A stretch of DNA of 64,000 bases from Nitrospirota bacterium (GCA_027021335.1 JALUUO010000016.1:1776-65775); one strand, 5' to 3'; counted from the first letter of the stretch, positions 9,506 through 18,370 are shown. Made by a program: numbers and translations. The notes: generated by a model not told the origin, from the letters alone.

Positions 9506-10699
9506 CTATTTTGTCTTTTTATTTTTTAACGCTTTTGGAGCTCCTGACCCATGTTTTTTACCATATTCTTTCTGATTCTCAACTTCCCCTTTTGCAAGGG
9601 GGCTTCCTTCTCTTGCATTACCAAATCCATAAATATTGATGTATGGCGGTCCGTATTGGCTTGTGACTAAAATCAGGTGTTCTAAAATGAAATCATCATG
9701 GCTGAGCGAATTAAAATAAGACAGCAGGCTTTTGTCTGTTGTAATTCCGGCTGGAAGCCAGAGAGCTCCGGGCACCATGGCGTCTCCCCATCCACCAAAG
9801 AAGAGAGCCGGTTTTCCCTCTGCTGTGAATATTTGAACATTTTCAAACGCTGAATCGACGACATAGATGAAACCTTTATCATCAACAGCAACTCCCTTTG
9901 GCCTGGCAAAGGTTCCAACAGCATCTCCGCATTGTCCAATAACAAGGAGGACATTTCCATCCGGGTCAAACTTCTGTATTCTGCAGTTGAGCGTGTCCGA
10001 AACGTAAAGATTTCCATCTTTGTCAATTGTTAGATTTGTCGGGTGATAAAACTGTCCTTCGTCCTGTCCAGGATCACCGATAATGCTTAAACGTTCTCCG
10101 GTTTTTTTATCCAGGACTTCAACTTCATGGTCTCTTGAATCAGCAACATACAACTTATCCCCAAAGACGGCAACATCAGTCGGCTTAAACTGTTCTTTAT
10201 TGCCAAAAGCCCGCTTGAAATTATTATCCTTATCAAACACAACGACCTGGTGGCGGTCATAGTCGGCAACATATTTTGTCCCGTTTTTATCAAAAGCAAT
10301 ATTTATAGGGCGAATTAGATTTCCGGCTCCCTGGTCGTGAAACCAGTCAAACTTGTTGTTTACAACGTCAATAACCATGACAGTTCCGAACTGGACGTCA
10401 CATACATAGATAATACCGTTATACACTTCTATTCCGTAAGGTTTCCCAAAGTTTCTAACGCTTTCTCCTCCAACAACAAAGGTTTCGAATGCGGAGCGTT
10501 TCTCTACATCCCTGGAAGATGAGATACGTTTAAGAAACTGTACTTTTGGCGGTTGAGGCGGAGGTGGAAAGAACCTGGTGCCAAGTTTTTGCCCGGTTGT
10601 TGCGCATCCACTCATAAGCAGAAGGGTAGACAGGCATGTAACCATTAAATAAAAGGGTGTAACAGTATGTGAAAGGAACTTTATAACTATGGTTTGCAT
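9506..10699 (-). CDS. NHL-repeat beta-propeller lipoprotein, paralog of 5674..6735
   Basis: NHL-type motifs: IYVCDVQFGTVMVIDV, YVADYDRHQVVVFDKD, LYVADSRDHEVEVLDKK, LYVSDTLNCRIQKFDPDGN and IYVVDSAFENVQIF. Lipobox LLLMSGC. Confidence 0.75.
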   Translation of the reverse strand: MQTIVIKFLSHTVTPFYLMVTCLSTLLLMSGCATTGQKLGTRFFPPPPQPPKVQFLKRISSSRDVEKRSAFETFVVGGESVRNFGKPYGIEVYNGIIYVCDVQFGTVMVIDVVNNKFDWFHDQGAGNLIRPINIAFDKNGTKYVADYDRHQVVVFDKDNNFKRAFGNKEQFKPTDVAVFGDKLYVADSRDHEVEVLDKKTGERLSIIGDPGQDEGQFYHPTNLTIDKDGNLYVSDTLNCRIQKFDPDGNVLLVIGQCGDAVGTFARPKGVAVDDKGFIYVVDSAFENVQIFTAEGKPALFFGGWGDAMVPGALWLPAGITTDKSLLSYFNSLSHDDFILEHLILVTSQYGPPYINIYGFGNAREGSPLAKGEVENQKEYGKKHGSGAPKALKNKKTK

Positions 10700-10791
10700 G
10701 CTCTTTCCTCCGGCTTTAATGTGCTTTATAATATATTGATTTTATTCAGTAATGTAAACTTTATTGCCAAAAAAAATCAAGGCATTATTTT

Positions 10792-10831
10792 GCCGAAAAA
10801 AAGCCCTGCGCTCTTAATCGGGGCACAGGGC
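10792..10831 (-). terminator. Rho-independent terminator or attenuator on the minus strand, immediately after the first cytochrome gene
   Basis: Minus-strand sequence GCCCTGTGC-(loop 12 nt)-GCGCAGGGC forms a 9-bp stem including one G-U pair, followed by TTTTTTT. Confidence 0.5.
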
Positions 10832-10858
10832 CATAAATATGGTTGCTACAAATGCTAT

Positions 10859-11569
10859 TTATTTTATATGACAGGTTAGGCAAAGTCCGCTGGCTGTTCC
10901 ACCTTGATTCGCTGATTGAGCTACTCTCAACAGGTGAGTGTTAGGAACGGACTCCTGGTCATGGACGTCATGGCATGAACTGCACTGTACCCTGCCGTTG
11001 TCCAGAACATCTGAGATGGTTCCTGAGAGCCCCATAACCCTGGTTGTCGGATCCCAGAGATTTGGATCAGCTACATTATTATATTCAATAGATATCGGAT
11101 GAGTGTTGCTCATGTTTTTGTCGCCGCTTACGTCCGGGATGCCGGGTATCTGGAACTGGCCGCCTGCAAAGCTGTCAATATAAATTGATCCGCTATTTCC
11201 GTCAAACTGATCAATGCCTATTGTTCCATCGTGGCAGCCCAGGCAGAGCTTCGAAACACCCATGGGTTCAGGTTCGGCAGCGCCGTCTATGAAGTTGGCA
11301 TGACTATCCTCCGCATACATAAGATAGGTAGAGGAGCTTAGATCGTGGTTCCATAAAAGTCCGAAATCAGCTCTGTTACTGCCGAAATCATGGGGTACAT
11401 GGCATACACGGCATATTTCACCGCTGGTATTCCATGTTCTATCGCTAAAATCATGAGGAGATCCAACAATTCCTGCTCCGTTACCTTCTGCAAAAGAGAT
11501 GGTTGCAGTCATGCCTATTACCATTATTGCTGTACAACACAATGTAGCTAATTTTTTCATTTGTAACAC
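10859..11569 (-). CDS. Tetraheme c-type cytochrome, secreted. First gene of the operon
   Basis: 236-aa ORF. Signal peptide MLQMKKLATLCCTAIMVIGMTATISFA. Motifs: CRVCH, CLGCH, CSSCH and CLTCH. Confidence 0.8.
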   Translation of the reverse strand: MLQMKKLATLCCTAIMVIGMTATISFAEGNGAGIVGSPHDFSDRTWNTSGEICRVCHVPHDFGSNRADFGLLWNHDLSSSTYLMYAEDSHANFIDGAAEPEPMGVSKLCLGCHDGTIGIDQFDGNSGSIYIDSFAGGQFQIPGIPDVSGDKNMSNTHPISIEYNNVADPNLWDPTTRVMGLSGTISDVLDNGRVQCSSCHDVHDQESVPNTHLLRVAQSANQGGTASGLCLTCHIK

Positions 11570-11734
11570 CTTCCCTTAACTTAGTATTTAATTTAAAATT
11601 TATTTTGAAACTATATATGTATTTCTTAAATATTTTTACGTAAAATTAAAATATTATCAGAACCCTTCACCTCCTTTATTTTTATTAAAAACTATCCCTC
11701 CAAAATATTTTTATAGTTGATTTGCTTTTGTAAC

Positions 11735-11750
11735 TGCAATTACCGGGCCA
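11735..11750 (-). promoter_or_regulatory. Candidate sigma-54 (RpoN) -24/-12 promoter driving the cytochrome/NHL operon
   Basis: Minus-strand sequence is TGGCCCGGTAATTGCA, against the consensus TGGCAC-N5-TTGCW. There is one mismatch and the spacing is exact. It lies about 165 nt upstream of the ATG at 11569. Confidence 0.5.
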
Positions 11751-11859
11751 TGATTGGGTTTATCAGGTGACCTGCTAGAAAGCCTTGCTATAATTAAGAT
11801 AATTATAGAGAGTTTGATTGTTGTTAATGATCGGGAAAGAAAAGAAGTGCGTGTTATTT

Positions 11860-11893
11860 CCCACCAACTGAGCCAAAGCGCTCAGTTGGTGGG
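11860..11893. promoter_or_regulatory. 14-bp perfect inverted repeat (CCCACCAACTGAGC-N6-GCTCAGTTGGTGGG). Candidate enhancer-binding-protein (UAS) site or terminator hairpin
   Basis: Perfect palindrome read directly from the sequence. It is centred about 130 bp upstream of the sigma-54 candidate and about 60 nt downstream of the stop of the upstream cytochrome gene. Confidence 0.45.
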
Positions 11894-11955
11894 TGTAAGT
11901 AAAGGTCTTTTGTGCCGCTTATTTTCAGGATAAGAAGTGGTTTTCGACCCCAGAT

Positions 11956-13359
11956 TCAACGATTTTTCACAGCTTTTTCCCTGTTATACTTTCTTGGAAA
12001 GTGACATGCTGGTGCGCATCCGCCGCCGTTGTCATCTATCTTGAAGTTAAGTGGAAACTGCCATTTACCGAATTTTGTGATTTCCCTGATATGCTTTGGC
12101 CCTTTAGATCCATGGATATCATGACATACAACACATCTTCGTCCCTTTTTGGGGTCTTTCTTAACATGAACGTAATGGAGATTGGTTGTTCCGTTTCTAA
12201 AACCGGTGCTCTCGGATGTCTCCTTTTCTTGAACGAGTTCCTCATCATGGCAGCCGAAACATAGGCTATACTTTTCCGGCGCAAACTTGGTGTAAAACGT
12301 GGATGGAAACGCTCTGCGTAACATTCTCCATTCGTTTGAGCCATGAGGATTGTGGCAGGCGGCACAATCACCATCCATCAAAATCGGACCATGAAGTTGC
12401 GGGCGCTCTTTAAGCCATCTTTTCATGTTTATTAGTCTGCCTTTGTCGGTTTTTATTGCACGGTTATGACACTTCAGGCAGAGGTCCATAGTCTCCTCGG
12501 CTTTGAGCTGCTTTGGGAAATCTGATGCGTGTGGATCATGGCAGTTTACGCAGCTTCCCTCGGCCTGGATGGCTCCGTGTGGGGTCTTTACCTGTGTTAT
12601 ATGTTCTTCTTTATCCGAATGGCAGCCATAGCATAGCTCTGGTGGTGATAGAAGGAGTTGGTATTTATTTTCGGTGCCGTGTGGACTATGACATCCGGTG
12701 CACCCAACCATCTCAATGGCTGCGTGGACATACTTCTTGGTTGTAATTGCCTCTTCTTTATCGACATGGCACATAAGACAGACATCTTTGCCTTCAGCAG
12801 GCAGCCGGAAAGGATAGGGGGACTCGTGTGGATCGTGACATATTGTGCACTCTCCTGCTGCCACAGGAGCATGAACATATTTGTGTGTAGTTTTATCATC
12901 CTCATGACAGTTAAAGCAAAGCTTGCTGACCGGAGAGTCTAAAAGTTGATATGGGTTGGGTGATTGGTGAGGACTGTGACACATGGTACAGTCTCCGGAT
13001 GCCACCGGTACATGAACCTCTTTTTGAGTGTTTTTCGGATCATGACACATGTAGCACAAGACGTCACCGGTATCGATAACTTTAAATTTATTGTCTTTTG
13101 TAAGTTCATGACATACCGTGCAGTCCCCCATGGCAAAGGCGGCGTGAACATAGCCGTCTGGTGGAGGGGTGGCAAGATCTTTGTGACATTTAAAGCAGGT
13201 TGCAGGGTTTGAAGCATCAAGTCCTGCATGGCCGGCTTCAGCTGAAAAAGCAGCTTGTGGACTAAAGAGGAAAAGCCGGGAAATAAGTATGCCGGCAAAG
13301 ATAATTAAAGTTTTTTTCAAAAAGTGGTTATTGTTTAGATAATATTTTGGATACAGCAC
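11956..13359 (-). CDS. Multiheme c-type cytochrome (14 CxxCH plus one CxxxCH)
   Basis: 467-aa ORF starting at GTG. The likely real start is TTG at about 13321, giving MKKTLIIFAGILISRLFLFSPQAAFSA. Motifs: CFKCH, CTVCH, CYMCH, CTMCH, CFNCH, CTICH, CLMCH, CTGCH, CYGCH, CVNCH, CLKCH, CAACH, CFGCH, CVVCH and CAPACH. Confidence 0.8.
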   Translation of the reverse strand: MLYPKYYLNNNHFLKKTLIIFAGILISRLFLFSPQAAFSAEAGHAGLDASNPATCFKCHKDLATPPPDGYVHAAFAMGDCTVCHELTKDNKFKVIDTGDVLCYMCHDPKNTQKEVHVPVASGDCTMCHSPHQSPNPYQLLDSPVSKLCFNCHEDDKTTHKYVHAPVAAGECTICHDPHESPYPFRLPAEGKDVCLMCHVDKEEAITTKKYVHAAIEMVGCTGCHSPHGTENKYQLLLSPPELCYGCHSDKEEHITQVKTPHGAIQAEGSCVNCHDPHASDFPKQLKAEETMDLCLKCHNRAIKTDKGRLINMKRWLKERPQLHGPILMDGDCAACHNPHGSNEWRMLRRAFPSTFYTKFAPEKYSLCFGCHDEELVQEKETSESTGFRNGTTNLHYVHVKKDPKKGRRCVVCHDIHGSKGPKHIREITKFGKWQFPLNFKIDDNGGGCAPACHFPRKYNREKAVKNR

Positions 13360-13702
13360 TCCTGACCTCGTTTACCTGAAAAGGTTTATTAATAAAAGTA
13401 GTGACTCCGGCTCTTTTCGCTTCTTCTTTATCTAGCAGCGAATCGTATGCTGTCATCATTATAATTTTTGTGCTTGGTTGTAGTTCCATGGTTTTTTTCG
13501 CCACTTCTATGCCGTCGCAATCGGGCATGACAAAGTCGGTTATGATTACATCAAAATGTTTCTGTTTTATTTTTTCTATGGCTTCGGTTCCGTCCGAGGC
13601 CGAGACAACGTTGAATTTATCTTTGCCCATGGACTCTTGAATGGACCACCTCACAAGTTTTTCATCATCCACAATGAGTAAATTCATTTTATCTCTCATC
13701 AT
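13328..13702 (-). CDS. Single-domain response regulator (CheY-like receiver)
   Basis: LLIVDDEKLVRWSI...DVIITDFVMPDCDGIEV...KIIMMTAYDS, with the receiver-domain Asp residues present. Confidence 0.8.
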   Translation of the reverse strand: MMRDKMNLLIVDDEKLVRWSIQESMGKDKFNVVSASDGTEAIEKIKQKHFDVIITDFVMPDCDGIEVAKKTMELQPSTKIIMMTAYDSLLDKEEAKRAGVTTFINKPFQVNEVRSAVSKILSKQ

Positions 13703-13791
13703 GGCCTTGTTTATATGACTTTAGAGGGGTATCCATGTTTAGTTATATGCAATATCAATGCCACATGTTTTGCCCCTCCGTTTTTACCCGC

Positions 13792-15162
13792 TCAGAGAAG
13801 GTAGTATTTTTTCATGCGATATCTAAGGGCGTCTCTGCCCATGCTGAGCAGCTTTGCAGCATGGACCTGATTGCCATGTGCCGCTGCGAGAGCTTGTTGA
13901 ATAAGCTCTTTTTCGACCTCTTCAAGTGAAACGCCTTCAGAGGGAAGGCTGACGGTAGAGCTTGCCGCGCTTAACGCCTTTTCAGGTTGAGTGATTTCGA
14001 TAGGCAGGTGCTCAGGCAGAATAACCTCTTCGTTTTCTAGGATGATTGCACGCTCTATCACGTTTTTCAGTTCACGCACATTTCCGGGCCAGCGATAGCG
14101 TAACATCATTTCTTCAGCTTTTTGAGAGATTCCTTGAACTTTCTTTTTGAAATCCCTGTTAAAAACATTTATGAAATGTTGAATCAAAAGCGGGATATCC
14201 TCTTTACGCTTACGCAGTGGTGGCAGGAATATTGGAAATACCTTCAGACGATAATATAGATCTTCCCGAAAAGTGCCTTTTGCAGAGGCTTCTTTTAAAT
14301 CTTCGTTGGTTGCGGCTATAATTCTGGCATTCACCACGGTCTCCTTTATACCGCCCAGGCGTTTGAATGATTTGCTTTCGATCACTCTAAGAAGTTTTGC
14401 CTGTGTACTCATAGGCATGGCTCCAATCTCATCAAGTAAGATTGTTCCGCTGTCAGCCAGTTCAAAAAACCCTTTTTTCATGGCCTTTGCATCTGTGTAG
14501 GCGCCTTTTTCGTGGCCGAAGAGTTCACTCTCGATAAGGGTTTCTGGAAGAGAAGTGCAATTAATTTCCAGGTAAGGGTTTTCTGCTCTCTTGCTCTGGT
14601 AGTGAATCGCCTTGGCGATCACATCCTTTCCCGTCCCGCTTTCTCCTTGCAGAAGCACTGTTGTTGCATCACTCTTGGCTATTTTTTCAACCATTTCGAA
14701 TACATTTTTCATGGCCTCAGTCTGCCCTACGATGTTTTGCATTCCGTAAAGGCTTTTCTGCTGATTCTTAAAGACATGGACTTCCTTTTTTAGGCTTACA
14801 GTTTCGAGAGCCTTGGAGATAGTTATCTTCAATTTCTCAAAATTAAAAGGTTTTTCGATGAAATCATATGCTCCAAGCTTCATGGCTTTTACCGATGTAT
14901 TGACGTCTCCGTACGCAGTCATCATTATAACCAGCGAATCTTCACGCAGTTTCTTTACCTTTTCCAGGATTTCTATTCCATCGGCTCCTGGAAGTTTGAT
15001 ATCTTGAAGAATAAGATCAGGACGTTCCTGTTCTATGATTTCCATGGCTTCCTCTCCGCTGTTTGCGGTCAGAACTTCGTAGTCTTCCTTCTGCAGGTTT
15101 TCTTTAAGAGACCAGCAGATTAATTTTTCATCGTCCACTACCAGGATGGTTGCTTTAGACAT
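13792..15162 (-). CDS. Sigma-54-dependent transcriptional response regulator (NtrC/AtoC family: receiver, AAA+ sigma-54 activation and Fis-type HTH domains)
   Basis: ILVVDDEKLICWSL...; Walker A GESGTGKDVIAKAIH; GAYTDA motif; C-terminal HTH AAHGNQVHAAKLLSMGRDALRYRMKKY. Confidence 0.85.
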   Translation of the reverse strand: MSKATILVVDDEKLICWSLKENLQKEDYEVLTANSGEEAMEIIEQERPDLILQDIKLPGADGIEILEKVKKLREDSLVIMMTAYGDVNTSVKAMKLGAYDFIEKPFNFEKLKITISKALETVSLKKEVHVFKNQQKSLYGMQNIVGQTEAMKNVFEMVEKIAKSDATTVLLQGESGTGKDVIAKAIHYQSKRAENPYLEINCTSLPETLIESELFGHEKGAYTDAKAMKKGFFELADSGTILLDEIGAMPMSTQAKLLRVIESKSFKRLGGIKETVVNARIIAATNEDLKEASAKGTFREDLYYRLKVFPIFLPPLRKRKEDIPLLIQHFINVFNRDFKKKVQGISQKAEEMMLRYRWPGNVRELKNVIERAIILENEEVILPEHLPIEITQPEKALSAASSTVSLPSEGVSLEEVEKELIQQALAAAHGNQVHAAKLLSMGRDALRYRMKKYYLL

Positions 15163-15165
15163 TTC

Positions 15166-15528
15166 TTAACTATGCTCCTTTGTATATCTGGCAATATACT
15201 CCGCTAGGAGTTTCCGGCAGTGCTCATCACACTTTGTAAACCGGATACCTTTGCCAAAGACGGATTTTCCCCCTTTTTCAGCTTCTCCGGACCAGACTAC
15301 TTGCCCGGATATCCGCAACGGTTTTATTCCTCCAGGAGGGAGTGAAAATTCAAGTTGTATCTCGGTGCCTATTCCCATAGGAATGTCTGTTTTTATAAAA
15401 ATTCCCCCCTCTCCTATATTAACCGCTTCCACCTCATATACTTCCTTTCTTTCTTGCTGTCGTACCCAGTATGTTACAATAATCGACAGCGGTACACGCA
15501 GTGATAACCTTTTTTCCCTAAAGCTCAT
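15166..15528 (-). CDS. PilZ-domain protein (c-di-GMP-binding type)
   Basis: RLSLRVPL...(RxxxR) and ...VNIGEGGIFIKTD (DxSxGG-like). The start is taken at the internal MSFREK to avoid overlap with the upstream kinase. Confidence 0.55.
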   Translation of the reverse strand: MSFREKRLSLRVPLSIIVTYWVRQQERKEVYEVEAVNIGEGGIFIKTDIPMGIGTEIQLEFSLPPGGIKPLRISGQVVWSGEAEKGGKSVFGKGIRFTKCDEHCRKLLAEYIARYTKEHS

Positions 15529-15541
15529 ATGTCTAATCTTG

Positions 15542-17035
15542 TCACTTTGTCTTTTTGGCTGGAAGCAGAACTGTAAAACATGTTCCCTCCCCAATACGGC
15601 TGTTTACTTCTATCCTTCCGTTGTGTTGCTGGACAATCTTCTGGCTGATGGAGAGTCCCAGGCCAGTTCCGGTATGGCGTGTTGTGAAGAAGGGGGTAAA
15701 AATTCTGGACATGTCTTGAGGATATATTCCTTTGCCGGAATCTTTGACCCATATCTCTACAAAGCGTTCTTTGTCTGAGGCCTTCCAGCCTTTCGAAAAT
15801 ATTCTTAAAACTCCACCGTTGGGCATGGCCTGAATTCCGTTGAGCCCAAGGTTTACCAGTACTTGCTGAATCTGTTTCTCGTCTATTTCGACCTTTGGAA
15901 TGGTTTCGTCAAGTTCTGTAACCACCTCTACTCCCTTCTGTGCTGCTCGTTCTTGGATCAGAAACACCACTTGGCGGATCACATCGTTGATGTTGTGTTC
16001 AGCAAGAGCTGGTTTCGCGGTTTTTGCATAGCTTAATAGATCCTTGATGTTTTGATCTATCCGGTCGATCTGTTTCAAAATCTCTTCAAATATTTCGCGC
16101 CTGGGATCATTTTCAGGCAGATCTCCCATCAGGATTTGCATCGCTCCGCTAATACCGGCGATCGGGTTTTTAATTTCATGGGCGATACCGGCTGAAAGTT
16201 CACCCAATGTCGCAAGTCTGTCTGCGCGCTGCATTCGTTGTTCATGAAGTTTCTTTAAATCCTTCTGAGCCGTTTCCAGTTTTGAGATCATTGAGTTGAA
16301 GTTTCGGCCCAACTCTCCGAACTCTACTGTTTCATCCGGTTTGACTCTGGCCGTCAGATCTCCTTTTTCAGCTTTGCGCATAGTGGTTATCAGGCTTTTT
16401 ATAGGGCGGTTAACCAAGTATGACAACAAAAACACAATCGAGATGACTAGTGCAAAAAGAGTGACCAAAACAGAGATGATCATGAATCTTCGAACAGTAG
16501 AGATGCGTTCGTGAAACTTTTCCATGGAGACTTCAACTTCCAAAACCCCATTGATTTGATTAAGTACGGAACCGTGGCAACGAAAACATGGCGGTTGATT
16601 TCTGATAGGCTTGATGATATAGAAAACCGGCTGCTCAAAATTTTTCTGTTCAAATATAGTGTTGAAACTCTGCCGGTGAAAGGTTTCCAGCTCATCTGAG
16701 TTTACTTTCCTTCCTTTTTCTTCAGGAAGGCTGGAGAGCAGGATAGTTCCGTCTTTTGAAAAAATCCTAACCTTCTCAAAATCCGGAAGGGTTCCCACGG
16801 CTTCAATTATATTTCTAACCTCATTGCTCCATCCGTTCAACATGAAGGTTTTAAGGGTTGTCTCGACAGTTTCAGCAATATCCATCAGCCTTTCTTTCGA
16901 AACATCCATGAGTTGATTGTACTGGATACGAAGATGGAGATATGAAGAGACACTGATGGCAAGTGTCAGAATCAGGGTGAGAAAAACTATGAACCTGACT
17001 TTAAGGCTTCGATTTAGTTGTTTAAATGTTTCCAT
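15542..17035 (-). CDS. Sensor histidine kinase (TM, periplasmic domain, TM, HAMP, HisKA, HATPase) with a CxxCH heme-c binding motif in the periplasmic sensor domain
   Basis: H-box AHEIKNPIAGI; G-boxes GTGLGLSIS; periplasmic segment ...QPPCFRCHGSVLNQ... between two hydrophobic segments. Confidence 0.8.
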   Translation of the reverse strand: METFKQLNRSLKVRFIVFLTLILTLAISVSSYLHLRIQYNQLMDVSKERLMDIAETVETTLKTFMLNGWSNEVRNIIEAVGTLPDFEKVRIFSKDGTILLSSLPEEKGRKVNSDELETFHRQSFNTIFEQKNFEQPVFYIIKPIRNQPPCFRCHGSVLNQINGVLEVEVSMEKFHERISTVRRFMIISVLVTLFALVISIVFLLSYLVNRPIKSLITTMRKAEKGDLTARVKPDETVEFGELGRNFNSMISKLETAQKDLKKLHEQRMQRADRLATLGELSAGIAHEIKNPIAGISGAMQILMGDLPENDPRREIFEEILKQIDRIDQNIKDLLSYAKTAKPALAEHNINDVIRQVVFLIQERAAQKGVEVVTELDETIPKVEIDEKQIQQVLVNLGLNGIQAMPNGGVLRIFSKGWKASDKERFVEIWVKDSGKGIYPQDMSRIFTPFFTTRHTGTGLGLSISQKIVQQHNGRIEVNSRIGEGTCFTVLLPAKKTK

Positions 17036-17256
17036 AAGACAGAGTTACAATCGCGCTGTATCAGATTGCTGTATGGATGCTATAACCTGTAAATGTTAAC
17101 ATAAAAGAACCTGTAACACCCCGGTTTTTCTTAAGTCTGGGTTTAGTTGCAGCTTATATATGAGTTGACTTTTTATTCCGTTTTGTGATAAACACTCTGA
17201 AGTCAAAGCAGCTTTGGCTGTGAAATTTAAAAAATTAAGGAGGGGATGGTAGAGAA

Positions 17257-17778
17257 ATGAAGATGAAAACCTGGATGGTAATTGTGATGGCTGCGATGTT
17301 GGCGTTTGCAGTAGCAGATGGTGTAGATGCTGCTGATTATGTGGGGGTAAAAAAATGTAAGATGTGCCATATGAAACAGTACAAAAGCTGGAGCAAAACC
17401 AGAATGTCAAAGGCTTTTGAACTTCTGAAACCGGGCGTCGCAGCAGAGGCCAAGAAGGCTGCAGGTGTAGACCCAAACAAGGACTATACTGCAGATGCTT
17501 CGTGCCTGGGATGCCACACGACCAATGGAAAAGCTGATATGCCTGGTGTTCAGTGTGAGGCTTGTCACGGTGCTGGATCGGACTTCATGAAAGTCATGAT
17601 GACCAATCGGAACTATAAGCGTGAGGATATTAAGAAGAAGGGGTTGAATCCGGTGCCTGATGAAGCTGTATGTAAGAAGTGTCATAACAAGTCGAGTCCG
17701 TTTTATAAAGAGTTCAATTATGCTGAGCGTGTAAAAAAAGGAACACACGAGCACTTTCCGTTGAAAAAGCAGCATTAA
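17257..17778 (+). CDS. Tetraheme c-type cytochrome (c3/c7-like), periplasmic
   Basis: RBS AAGGAGGGG. Signal peptide MKMKTWMVIVMAAMLAFAVA. Motifs: CKMCH, CLGCH, CEACH and CKKCH. Confidence 0.8.
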   Translation: MKMKTWMVIVMAAMLAFAVADGVDAADYVGVKKCKMCHMKQYKSWSKTRMSKAFELLKPGVAAEAKKAAGVDPNKDYTADASCLGCHTTNGKADMPGVQCEACHGAGSDFMKVMMTNRNYKREDIKKKGLNPVPDEAVCKKCHNKSSPFYKEFNYAERVKKGTHEHFPLKKQH

Positions 17779-17815
17779 TACTTGCGGACAATATAAACTG
17801 TTTTAGTAGCTAAAG

Positions 17816-17852
17816 AAAGCCGGGTATATCGAATTCCGATACCCGGCTTTCT
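17816..17852 (+). terminator. Hairpin terminator after the tetraheme cytochrome gene
   Basis: AAAGCCGGGTAT-(loop)-ATACCCGGCTTT forms a 12-bp perfect stem followed by a T-containing tail. Confidence 0.5.
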
Positions 17853-17893
17853 TAATCAAAATGGAAATCTAAAAAAAAAAGGGGGACAAACTC

Positions 17894-18370
17894 GTGACAA
17901 TAGCTGAAGAACTTATACGTAGCAATTTATTTAGAGGGCTTTCAACCAGTGAGCTGGAGAAGGTGGCTGTAATTGCTAAAGAGGTTACTTTTCCTGCTGG
18001 CTTCCGAATATTTTCAGAAGGTGAAAGGGCCGAAACTCTTTATGTTATTAAAGAAGGTATTATAGACCTGACGTTTGGCTTTAAGCTAGGTAAGGTCAAA
18101 AGTGAAATTACCATAGAAACCAAAGGCCAAGGTGATTCGGTAGGTTGGTCCGCACTTATTCCACCTCATATCTATACCCTTTCCGGTGTAAGCCGAAACT
18201 TTGTACAGGCTCTGGTTTTTGATGGGAAATCCATGCTCCAGGTTTGCAAGGAAGATTCAAAATTCGGGGCCGTCTTTATGCAAAATGTTGCGGAACTGGT
18301 TGGGAACAGGCTTACACGGCTCCAATCCATGTTTATTCAAGAGGTTCAACGCGGAGTTTCTGTTATATAA
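17894..18370 (+). CDS. Cyclic-nucleotide-binding (cNMP/Crp-like effector domain) protein without an HTH
   Basis: FRGLSTSELEKVAVIAKEVTFPAGFRIFSEGERAETLYVIKEGIID..., a cNMP-binding domain signature. Confidence 0.65.
   Translation: MTIAEELIRSNLFRGLSTSELEKVAVIAKEVTFPAGFRIFSEGERAETLYVIKEGIIDLTFGFKLGKVKSEITIETKGQGDSVGWSALIPPHIYTLSGVSRNFVQALVFDGKSMLQVCKEDSKFGAVFMQNVAELVGNRLTRLQSMFIQEVQRGVSVI

Noticed and set aside
11873-11895. tRNA-like string GCTCAGTTGGTGGG, which resembles a tRNA D-arm
   Set aside because: It is one arm of the 14-bp palindrome. There is no acceptor stem, anticodon or T-arm, and no cloverleaf is possible.
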